NCBI GenBank assembly: GCA_002269645.1
Contig: NIVC01000168.1
Span: 599,297-663,296 of the forward strand
Direction: 5' to 3'
From: Macrostomum lignano
Lineage: Eukaryota
DNA length: 64,000 nt
Each line of letters opens with the position of its first letter. Positions within the stretch are counted from its first letter, which is position 1. The notes under the pieces were generated by a model that made no database searches, was not told where the DNA came from, and was given only the letters and a program-made list of their open reading frames with translations. Made by a program: the position numbers and the translations under genes. Below are positions 38,433 to 50,481 of this stretch, piece after piece.

Positions 38433-39254
38433 CTTTACAAGCGGATGAGAAAAATAACAAAGTAAGCTTGAAGCCTCACTGCAAAAATTCAATAGCAGCA
38501 GCAGACAGGTTACATCCTAGAAATAATGGCAGCTACGTCAATAACCATGAAATCTTAACTTTCATTCGAACTTGTAGTCACAGTCCTACAAAGAAAATGT
38601 CAAATTTGTTCCTGAAAGGAAACGGCTTATTAAAAGTTTCTTTATCCCATTCGGCCATTCCACTATTGGACCAGTAATTATCGCAGAGTGTACGACTAAT
38701 TAAAAATCTCATTTGTCCACGTTATCCCAACCAGGGCTGAGTGAGATGTAGCTTGATACTGACTGCGTGAGTGAGACGCTAATATATTAGGATCCAGTTG
38801 ACACTCCATTTTGAGACGTTGACTTTTTTAACGAGCTGATCCCAATAGTAAAAACTGTATAACGGTATTTAAGATATGCATGCGCACAAAATACCAGGTA
38901 GTAGAAATGGTTGCATTGATACGGGTATACAATGTAATACACGCTTGTAACATTATGAACATTTATTGTGCTAAGCTGTATTTCATAAGTTAAAGAGAAC
39001 CGAAATTCATCTGCCTGAAAGCGACCGCATATGTTCGATTGAAACTATACAGGCTGAACAATGTCATTTTATTACTATAAAGGAACGCCACATCTGTAGA
39101 CAGGGTTTCCTGCCTAGCAAAGACGCCATCGTTTAGAAAAGGACGTCGGTTTTTACATGTAGTTGATAATAACGTCACATGTTAGATAAAAACGCTTACT
39201 GTCAAATATTGTAGTTGAAACCAAATGTTAACCAATGGTGCCATCCGATAGATC

Positions 39255-42200
39255 TCACCTATCACCGTTTCCTTTGATACAACGTGAGTTCAGCGGCATC
39301 GATTCTTTCACGTCTTCGTCGGCTTCGTCGGGGTGTCGCTGTGCATCGAACTGATCAGCGGTCTGCATCGTCTGCAGAGCCATGGAGCTGCCATCGTTGC
39401 GGCCCCGCCGGGAGCCACCAGCGGAGCAGCACAGCAGCTTCTGCAGCCGGTTGCCCAGCGGCGTGACTCTGAAGGCGCTCCGGAATTCGCTGTTGATGGC
39501 GAAGTAGGCCAGTGCGGAGGCCGCCATGCCGCTCTTGGCCATCAGCAGCGCTAGGGTGGACAGCACCCGGTACAGTCGGCCTTCGAGATGCAGCAGACCG
39601 GCGAGGCTGCTGACTGCCATAGCAGAATAGGGCGTCCAGCACAGTAAGAAGGCGCCTGGAGTGATGTAGGGATTGGCGAATACTGGAGTTGGTGCAGTGC
39701 GACTTCTTGAGGTGCTGGATGAATCCTTGTACATATGCATTAAAGTTTCCGAGATCGGAAATGGCCAACCCCCAACGGAGAGCCCAGTGGTCAAGACTTA
39801 GCATTGCTCATTTTCTTAAACTTAAGGTGCAGTCAGTCAGCGCTCTCGGCTAACTTTGAAATCTACTCCAACGCCCGTCGCCGAGAGGCTTTCGAGCTTT
39901 TCCAATTGCTTTTCCAGGCGCAATAAGTGCAGGGATCTGCAGTTTTTGCACCTGCTGAACTTTGCCCTGACTCTGATTGACTTCTATTCGGACCAGACTC
40001 TCTCATCTTCGACCGCACACGCCTCCTGAGCGGCGGAAACCTTACGTTCTGAGGAGCGGCCCGTCGGCCGTCCAGGGGCCGGCGGAATGGGTGCTGGCCC
40101 CTTCCAGCTGCGTCTTTTGGCATGGACTCTCACCTGGGCCGTCTCTCAGAGCGCCCTGCAGAAGGCCAAACAGAGCCCCAGCTTAGAGTGTCTGCATGAG
40201 TGTCTCTTCCAATAGCGTCTTCCGGAGCGCATCGCAGAAGCCTCAGAGTCACCCCCTCAGCCTCAGCTATCCCTCTCGTGACACCGCCCTAAAATATACT
40301 CGTAGAAAAGTAAAACCCGATTTCGCCCAGACAGCGTACTAAAATTAGCAAACATTTTTTCTCTACAGCTGGCTTCACGGCTCTCACGAAGAAACTCGCA
40401 GCGCGATCGAAGCAAGCACGCCACGGAAACCATAAGACGGCGTTGCTTTATAACTCGCCTGCACTTGAAAACACGTTATAAATGCAAACCTTTTTTTGTA
40501 CGCCTTATTTTGCCAGCCATATTGATCGATTGAAGCTCGAAAGCTATACAAGCGTTCCGTTGTTCATGCCACGACAGAGCTTGGAATTCGACCCATGAGA
40601 GATGGTGTGGAAGAGAGAACGATAATTTAAGGAACACCACTGCACTAGGCTATAGACGGGGTTGTGAGGCATAAATTCCGCCAAGTTTAGCATCAACTAA
40701 AGCGAAAGGTTTTACTTTAGGCAAAAACCAGGACGTGGCGTCCCATGCGGCCACACAATCCATGGGGATCGATATGTCTACCCAACCGATGCAATGCTCG
40801 GCATCGACAACTTAAGAATCTGAATGCTACAAACAATCTCTTAGACTGTTTTAGCTCTCCTAGAGAGCCAAAATGTAATTTTAGAATCAAGTCTACTTCG
40901 TGCACAGACTCTGTATGCAATTCTTAACTTATCAAGAAGCAACTTGGTTTTAATAGGGGATACAACATCTTTTAAGACCATCATCGTTTGCAGCTTTGGT
41001 GCAATCCTGAAGCGAGACTAAGGCATATGGCGCATAGGCCTCTCGAAGCCATGATTTCAAATTCAAATTGTTCAATAGAATTGAGCACAAAGATACGTCG
41101 CAAACATAACGTCTTTCTCTTCTTTCACAACAATAGCGGCGTCTTCCAGTCTTTAAAAAGTTCCAGCCCATCCTCCTGGCAGCACTATCCTGCCCAGTTT
41201 GAGGAGCATTGCTGCCCCCCCCCAGTCAAATACAAGTTGCAGCAAGTCAAGCAAAACGTAGCCACCTGCAGTAATTTCACTTATAATAATTACAGGCATT
41301 AACTGCCGTGGATGCGCGCTCAGTGTCTTGCCAATGTCATCGACACGGCGCTTTGCGTTTTTATAAGTTCGCTCGGGCAGAGCGCGAAGTAGGATTCAAG
41401 AGCGCTCATCTGTTGTTCATCTGCCTGGAATACCAAGCATTGTAATAACTGCTCCAAGCCTAGTCTCCGTGTCCGTATCCGACATTACACGAGCTAGCTC
41501 GTATTTTACGGCATCGTTTTAGCTGACTGTTTCAGTCAGGTATGTCCGCTATGAAGAAACAATGGAAAAGGCAGGCGCTACATTAGATGGCGAACTAACG
41601 GTATTTTAGGTGCTGTTGGGTGCTGTTGGTGTTGTTGGGTGCTGTTGGGTGCTGTTGGTGTTGTTGGGTGCTGTTGGTGTTGTTGGGTGCTGTTGGGTGT
41701 TGTTGGGTGCTGTTGGGAGCTGTTGGTGTTGTTGGGTGCTGTTGGGTGCTGTTGGTGTTGTTGGGTGCTGTTGGGTGCTGTTGGGTGCTGTTGGTGTTGT
41801 TGGGTGCTGTTGGTGTTGTTGGGTGCTGTTGGGTGTTGTTGGGTGCTGTTGGGTGCTGTTGGTGTTGTTGGGTGCTGTTGGGTGCTGTTGGTGTTGTTGG
41901 GTGCTGTTGAGTGCTGTTGGGTGCTGTTGGGTGCTGTTGGGTGCTGTTGGGTGCTGTTGGGTGCTGTTGGGTGCTGTTGGTTCTGTTGAGTGATGTGGTG
42001 CTTTTGGGTGCTGTTATGTGCTGTTGGGTGCTGTTGGGTGTTGTTGGGTGCTGTTGGTGTTGTTGGGTGCTGTTGTTGGGTGTTGTTGGGTGCTGTTGGG
42101 TGCTGTTGGGTGCTGTTGGGTGCTGTTGGTGTTGTTGGTTTTGTTGGGTGCTGTTGGGTGCTGTTGGTGTTGTTGGGTGCTGTTGGGTGCTGTTGGGGCT

Positions 42201-45200
42201 GTTGGGTGCTGTTGGGGCTGTTGGGTGCTGTTGGGTGCTGTTGGGTGCTGTTGGGTGCTGTTGGGGCTGTTGGGTGCTGTTGGTTCTGTTGAGTGATGTG
42301 GTGCTTTTGGGTGCTGTTATGTGCTGTTGGGTGCTGTTATGTGCTTTTGGGTGCTGTTATGTGCTGTTGGGTGCTGTTATGTGCTGTTGGGTGCTGTTAT
42401 GTGCTGTTGGGTGCTGTTATGTGCTGTTGGGTGCTGTTATGTGCTGTTGGGTGCTGTTATGTGCTGTTGGGTGCTGTTATGTGCTTCTAGGGTGCTTTTG
42501 GATGCTAATTGATTTAATAAGCCAAGTTTACATAGCATTGAAACGAGTATATTCGCCCAATAGATGTACTAGAAGGACTTTTAAAGCACGATTGAGATAC
42601 CAAGTAAAGAAGCTCCTGTCTGCTGGTTGGTGCTTTATTATTTATATGTAAGAAGTCCCCGTTAATTGTTCTCTGTAAATTAGGCTGGAAATTGTCTGTG
42701 AAACTCTGAAGAGCTGCCTGAATTTCTCCCTGAATTTCTCACTAACCAGAATTCCCTTTGTTCTACTGCTCTTAGCGTTGGGTTTGCCTACCTTAAACTG
42801 AAAGAGAAAGCTGCTCAGAGCTCTCCATACTTCCAGGAGTATATCCTCAGGGCAGCTCACCTGATTTCCCACTTTGAATGCAAGATATTTTGCTTGATAA
42901 CATGACTTGTTTCTTGCGCAAACGAATCCAAAATTATGGGTGTCTTTCTCTTAATTTTTAATAAATTATTTTTATATTCTAATTTCAAAATTTTATCCAA
43001 CTAATTTATATCCACAATTTTTGTTATTCACAGTTAATGCAGGCTTATTGAGTTACTATTTTTTATTGCTTATTTTTTAAATTTCCTACCCGCCAGGCGA
43101 AATGTCCTACCCGCCAGGCGAAATGTCCTACCCGCCAGGTGAAATTTCCTACCCGCCAGGCGAAATGTCCTACCCGCCAGGCGAAATGTCCTACCCGCCA
43201 GGCAAAATGTCCTACCCGCCAGGCGAAATGTCCTACCCGCCAGGTGAAATGTCCTACCCGCCAGGCGAAATGTCCTACCCGCCAGGTGAAATGTCCTACC
43301 CGCCAGGCGAAATGTCCTACCCGCCAGGCGAAATGTCCTACCCGCCAGGCGAAATGTCCTACCCGCCAGGCGAAATGTCCTACCCGCCAGGTGAAATGTC
43401 CTTCCCGCCAGGCGAAATGTCCTACCCGCCAGGTGAAATGTCCTTCCCGCCAGGCGAAATGTCCTACCCGCCAGGTGAAATGTCCTACCCGCCAGGCGAA
43501 ATGTCCTACCCGCCAGGTGAAATGTCCTTCCCGCCAGGCGAAATGTCCTACCCGCCAGGTGAAATGTCCTACCCGCCAGGCGAAATGTCCTACCCGCCAG
43601 GTGAAATGTCCTTCCCGCCAGGCGAAATGTCCTACCCGCCAGGTGAAATGTCCTACCCGCCAGGCGAAATGTCCTACCCGCCAGGTGAAATGTCCTACCC
43701 GCCAGGCGAAATGTCCTACCCGCCAGGTGAAATTCCTACCCGCCAGGCGAAATGTCCTACCCGCCAGGCGAAATGTCCTACCCGCCAGGCAAAATGTCCT
43801 ACCCGCCAGGCGAAATGTCCTACCCGCCAGGTGAAATGTCCTACCCGCCAGGCGAAATGTCCTACCCGCCAGGTGAAATGTCCTACCCGCCAGGCGAAAT
43901 GTCCTACCCGCCAAAGCGCATTTGTTCTTGGGCAAATTATCTTTGGTAATTCTGCATAATGAGCTCCAGTTTTCATTACGTCAAGCAACAATATTAGGGC
44001 AGTTCGAGTAAATTTTTAAATCCGATCGCGTCTAAAAACCGACTTTGCTGAAATTTTTAGAAGAATCCATTAACCCTGTCTTTCCTTTTGTTTCCTTTCA
44101 TGACGAAACTGAAATGTGTGGGCGATGGCAGCCACCCACAGTCAGCTGCACGCAAACTAGGTAAAGTCATCAAGCCGTCATTTATAATTTTTTGAGTCTA
44201 ACATCTCTCTGTCACGGTCGTCAAGGAAGTTGAGATGAAATTGAAATTTCTGTAGCGATCGCTGTGCAGCAAGGGAGCCGCTGGACAGTCGGCACGCAGC
44301 CATCCGGCTCCTGTAATTCTACACTTGATGATGCTCATGCTCCTGAAATTGTGCTTTAATTACAGAGCCATTTGCTTGCTTTTTTGTTTGAAGGCAGTTC
44401 TGCGTTAATAGCTACTCGAATCGCGTCAGCAGTGTTTGGCCTTTCAGTCTTCTTGACTGCGACAAGAATAAATCATTTTTTTGTGAGACATCCTAGCAAA
44501 GAGAAAGTAACTGTGGATACGTAGTTGTAAACTGTGATTTCTAAAATAGAGCGAGAGTGAGAGTGAGAGTGAGAGTGAGGGTGAGAGTAAGAGTGAGAGT
44601 GAGAATGAGAGTGAAAGTGAGGGTGAGAGTGAAAGTTAAAGTGAGAGTGGGAGTGAGAGTGGGAGTGGGAGTGGGAGTGAGAGTGAGAGTGGGAGTGAAA
44701 GTGGGAGTGGGAGTGAGAGTGAGTGTGGGCAAGGGTGACCCTAACACAGCCGGTCGGGAGGCCAGAGCCAGAGGCTGGCAGGCATCACAGCTCACCGATG
44801 ATGGCGAGCACGTGAATGGCGAACTTCCTGTCCCTCCTGGCCTGGCTGGAGCTCGCGGCCAGCAGCCCGGAGCTGCGGTGCCGTCGGATCTGCAATGAAT
44901 TTCCGGATGGTCATCTGTTGACTTCGGCTTGCTGACAGTTTTAAAGTACATCTCTGACAGTCAGCCCAGTGCAGCCAAAGCGGATTAGCATTTAACGCAG
45001 AATCCATGCTTGTAGCAGCTTTGGCTTGTATCTAGTCCGGAAATTAATTGTTTCACCCCACGGAAAGTGACTCGTGCTTTGCCAGTGCAAAGCATTTACA
45101 AAGGCAATTTTCGTATTCACTAAGTCACTGTTTCAAATTATTGCAAAACTCCGAATAACAAATTTTTGTATGGTGAATCTGGAATCCTAACTTCAACTGA

Positions 45201-48200
45201 CCATCGTTCTCATCCACTCAACGGAATTAAATTTTTTAATCAGGTCCATCCTGACACAGCATCCATCATCTAGATCTCACCTGACACAGCTTCCTGCATC
45301 TCGATCTCATCTGACACAGCATCCGGCATCTCGATCTCACGATCTCACCTCACACAGCATCCGGCATCTCGATCTCACGATCTCATCTGAGACAGCATCC
45401 GGCATCTAAATCTCACCTGACACAGCATCCGGCATCTCGATCTCACCTGACACTGCATCCTGCATTCAGATCTCTGACACAGCACCCTGCATCTCGATCT
45501 CACCTGACACTGCATCCTGCATCCAGATCTCATTTGACACAGCATCCTGCATCTCGATCTCATCTGACACTGCATACGTCATCCAGATCTCACCTGACAC
45601 AGCATCCTGCATCTCGATCTCATCTGACACAGCATCCGACATCTTGATCTCACCTGACACAGCATCCTGCATCCAGATCTCACCTGACACAGCATCCTGC
45701 ATCTCGATTTCACCTGACACAGCATCCGGCATCCAGATCTCACCTGACACAGCATCCTGCATCTCGATCTCATCTGACACAGCATCCGACATCTTGATCT
45801 CACCTGATACAGCATCCTGCATCCAGATCTCATCTGACACAGCATCCGGCATCTCGATCTCACCTGACACAGCTGCTGGTCTTTTTCTGAGGCAATCTTA
45901 TCTCTTTTTAAAGAAACTCAGCCTAACTAATGCGCTGTCTATCCCAGATTTGCCATCTTGAGTTGAGAACTAACAGATTTAAAAGCGATAAAAATCAATT
46001 TTCAGAACTTATTTGAAACGTCCCTAAAATGCAACGCAGACCAGGCACAGCTAAAAGCTGACGAGGTTCGAGGTTCCCATGATGAATCCTTAGCACTATT
46101 AAAGCAAGTAATTCTACCAGGCAGCTAGAATAGGCGAATAGATAAGCCAGAGGCTTATCTGTCACGGACTGTTCCTATATTAATGCCATCAATAATATAT
46201 TTATTCACTCGGCGCGTCACCGGCAAAAGCCCTACTCAAATTCCGCCTAGTAGAAAAGGAGCTCTGCTAGCTGTGAATGCTCCTGGGTCGGGCATCAGCT
46301 GGTGACTGAAGTTATTTAATCCTAAGAGAATTAGACTTCGGAGTAAGACCATTGACTCTCTACTAAGGTATTACAATAAATCCTTGGAAATACTGACTTT
46401 GCCTTGCATGCTTTCAGCTCAAATGCTCAGAGCCAATCTTTTACTAATGAGTAAGTACACTGTCTAAGTATCTTAATCCCATTATTATGCAATCCTGGAC
46501 TAGCTATAGGGATCACTAGCATCAAAGCGTCAAGACCTCAAGAACGACTAGAGGCTGTCAATCATACTAACTCTCACATTAAACCCACAACTGACATCCT
46601 CCACTGACATCCTCCACTGACATCCTCCACTGACATCCTCCACTGAAATCCTCCACTGACATCCTCCACTGACATCCTCCACAGACATCCTCTACAGAAA
46701 TCCTCTACAAACATCCTCTACAGACATCCTCCACTGACATCCTCTACAGACATCCGCAATTGCCATCCTCCACTGATATACTCCACTTGTTGTGTTCTAA
46801 TTAACACAGAGAGTTTCTTTGATTGAAGCTTTCTCGGCGAGACACAAATCTCGCTCACAATATATTTATAGAGATGAAACTCCTACTTGCACGTTGCATT
46901 GCCAAATCGATACGCAATCACCTACTCATTCTAGTCTGAGTACAGTATACGCCCACGCATTCAATAAGGTCAATAGTTAATTGTCAGTGGTCAGTTCATT
47001 GCGCAAGCATTGTCAATCACAACACCACTGACATCCTCCACTGACATCCTCCACTGACATCCTCCACTGACATCCTCCACTGACATCCTCCACTGACATC
47101 CTCCACGGACATCCTCCACTGACATCCTCACTGACATCCTCTACAGACATCCGCAATTGCCATCCTCCACTGATATACTCCACTGACATCCTCCGCTGAC
47201 ATCCTCCACTGACATCCGCAATTGCCATCCTCCACTGATATACTCCACTGACATCCTCCGCTGACATCCTCCACTGACATCCGCAATTGCCATCCTCCAC
47301 TGATATACTCCACTGACATCCTCCACTGACATCCTCCACTGACATCCTCCACTGACATCCTCCACTGCCATCCTCCACAGACATCCTCTACAGACATCCG
47401 CAATTGCCATCCTCCACTGATATACTCCACTGACATCCTCCACTGACATCCTCCACTGACATCCTCCACTGACATCCTCCACTGACATCCTCCACTGACA
47501 TCCTCCACTGATATCCTCCACTAACATTCATAACTGACATTCCCCACTGACGTCCTCCAATGATATCCTCCATTTCCCACTGACATTCTCCAATGACATC
47601 CTCCATTCTCCACTGACATCCTCCATTCCCCATTGACATCCTCCAATGACATCCTCCATTCCCCACTGACATCCTCCACTGACATCCTCCATTCCCCAAT
47701 GGCATCCTCCAATGAAATTCTCCACCCTCCACCCACACCGGACAAAGCACAGCAGAACCTGTAAGCTTCACTACCGCCTTCAAGCACCTGCCCAGCCACG
47801 TACGTGCATGAAAATCGCCGCATAGGAGGCCGCGATGACCGCCAGAGGCAGCAGAAACTCCCCAACCAGCAGGCTGACCAAGTAGGCCCGGTCGCCCGGC
47901 CGGCCGCTCTCCCAGTCCAGGTCGCAGGCGGCCACGTGGCTGACCCGACGGACCCCGGCGACGCCGAACATCGGTGGCAAACTCCAGGCGGCGCTGATGG
48001 TCGCGCAGGCTACGACTAGGGCGAAGGCGTGCCAGTTGTCGAACGGCCGGTTCCGGGTGACCATTCGGCACCGCAGAGCTGACAGCCCGGCCAGCAGGTT
48101 GATGTTAAACAGGCCGATGGCACAGGTGCTGAACACGTACCTGGAGATCGAAACTTGTTGATGGCATCTGCAGCCGCTTCTTTATCCCCCCCAGCTTTGA

Positions 48201-49289
48201 TTTAAGCAAGATTAAGAACAAGGACAAGGAGATTAATTTGATTGCGTTCACGATTGAATGAGGCGCGATTAGTTATAAAGCAAAGCTGCTTAAAGTCGGG
48301 ATTAAGTCGAAGCTGCCTTTGATCGCGGGGGTTGCAAGAAAAAATGGATCAGGTCGCTTGCGAGTCTCTGTCTTAGTGCGACCCCACGTGTCCTTTGTTA
48401 CAAAGAAACTGCTAGCTTAACAAGAGCGCTTTAACAGTCTGGAAACCACTTACAGGTGGATTACATGGTTGGTTGAAGAATAGTATCATATGTTGCATTT
48501 TCCTAGCACAATTAGACTCGATGTTTTATGTAGTTCTGCTTTTACGGACTAGCTGCTGTTGTGAATTATAGAACATGACTGACGCACATCAAAAACATAC
48601 ACAGTCCTTGACTTGTGCTCACTGGCTGTGTCGAGCTCCATTGCTTCTGCTCTCTGCGAGTACTTAGCTTTGATAGCGGTGAATTTAAACTGAAGGATGC
48701 CATCATGAGAATCTCATGAGAGCGGGGGGTCAAGAGAGTAATTCAGTACTTAATGCATCTGACTGTCGCTTATTTGGGCCAAACTTGAACTTATTCATCT
48801 GTGTGGCCAGCCCCCAAGGCACAAATTGTGTACATTCCCCACGATGAGAAAGTAAAAAGTGCTGTTGTTGGCTGTGGGTCGACTATATCGATCGCTTGCT
48901 GATTTGTGGCAGTGCCCAAGGAAACCCTCAAACTAACTACCTCGTAATTGTCTGACAGGGAAAGGTCGTGGTTTGCCAGCTGCAGCTCACCAGTAGCACC
49001 AACCGACGTGGAAGGCCCATTCGCCAGCCAGCCAGGCGGAGGTGAGATTCAGCGACGCGGCCACCAGCACGCAGATGCAGTTGCCTAGGAAACCGGCGCA
49101 CAGTACCAGCATGGATGGATTGCGCAGCGACTGCGAGGCCAAGATGTTGTACGCCGACAGAGCGTTGGAGGCGAAGCTTACGACGAACACGACGGTAAAC
49201 CAGATGGCGTTGGCGCAGTGACCCCAGCTGATGTTGGTTGAAAAGTCAGTGTAGTTACTAGGAGGAGTTGCTCCGTTTGCCGAACTCAT
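39255..49289 (-). CDS. Divergent opsin (peropsin/RGR/retinochrome-like, group 4), about 376 aa, 4 exons
   Basis: Exons 49289-48991, 48140-47804, 44889-44796 and 39655-39255 in consistent phases (1131 nt; an in-frame upstream ATG at 49451 is also possible). Motifs WCYWYVF (C110), CDLDW (C187), FLLCWTPYS (TM6) and LMAKS (K296 equivalent). Confidence 0.88.
41610..42500. repeat. Low-complexity (TGCTGTTGGG)n-type 9/10-bp repeat grading into a TGCTGTTATG variant, opsin intron 3
   Basis: Direct. Confidence 0.95.
43082..43912. repeat. 21-bp minisatellite (GAAATGTCCTACCCGCCAGGC)n, about 39 copies, opsin intron 3
   Basis: Direct periodicity. Confidence 0.97.
44552..44726. repeat. (GTGAGA/GTGGGA)n hexamer repeat next to opsin exon 3
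   Basis: Direct. Confidence 0.93.
45250..45870. repeat. 30-bp minisatellite (CACCTGACACAGCATCCTGCATCTCGATCT)n, opsin intron 2
   Basis: Direct periodicity. Confidence 0.94.
46595..47720. repeat. Two arrays of a 13-bp repeat (CTGACATCCTCCA)n at 46595-46790 and 47025-47720, opsin intron 2
   Basis: Direct periodicity, separated by about 240 bp of unique sequence. Confidence 0.93.
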
Positions 49290-50481
49290 TGCGCCAGCTT
49301 CTCTGTGATGGGTCTCAAGATGACCAGCATGACAATAGCTGCAGATCAGGCGATGGCCCAGAAGAAGAGGATATTCAAAGTCAAGACCAATCCGGCAGTC
49401 TTTAGAAACACTGCCATCTGATTGGCTGGCCGATGCAGTTAGGATGGACATTTTCCATAATATGCCTTTCCCTCCGGGGCCTTGAAGTTTTTAAACTCAT
49501 CCCAAGGCCCGAGATGGGTCTTTATCGAGATCGGCAAAAGGGAAGTAAGAAATTTGAAATGGAAGAAAAGAGGAGAAAACTCTGATATGGGAGATTGGCA
49601 CACCTGTTAAGAAATCCTAGCTGCTTGGGGCACTAATACCAACAACTTTTCTTCCGTTTTGAGGTAAGGCACCCTTGGGTCCTGCTTTCCCAGCCTTGTG
49701 TTTCCATGCAGCAAATAGGCAACTCTGATCGAGAATAACTTTTATTTATTCTTGCCATTCCTTCAATCCGACTTATTTCTATGTGTACTTTGCAGCCTGA
49801 ACTTTTCAGTGGTCATTCTGTCCAATATTATAACCCTCAAAAAATAGCCAAAAACGTGTCGAAGGAAAGTTATACTACGTCGTTGTGTAAGTAACAGTAA
49901 CATGTCTTAATTATGTGTACGTGGGTTGCCTGTAACCCATCTAATCCACATGCATTTCCTGCTAAAAAAATTGTAGTCAGCAGACTGCTTAATTTGATGG
50001 CACTTGATTTCGAAGCAATTTCAAGTCCTGGAATATTCGATTTAATAAACTATTTTACATGCGAATATGAGCACATGTTCAAAAATTTCAAGTTGTGAAA
50101 ATTTATTTGATGAGTCAATAAATCCAGAAAAAAGCTTCATGTACAGACAGATAAAGTGCATTTAAATATTTATTTTTTAATTGGTTTATCGGAGATTAAG
50201 AAATTTGGGTTCGACCCGCTATCGTTGAATGAATCTGTATCGTGTAGTTACAAGCAAAGGTCTACTTGGTTACCAATTGTACGTATATACTGTACGTTAC
50301 GTTCACTGTAAAACAAAATCTGTACCAAACCCTTGCGTGTACATATGCATGTATGTACATATCCAGGCGCGTCGCCACCGGGGGGGGCATGTCCCATCCC
50401 CAGTAAAAGCTATGGGGGGACATGCCAATGCTTCGTCCCCCCACCCCAACTACATATGTAATTGTGACCCGTTATGGTAAT

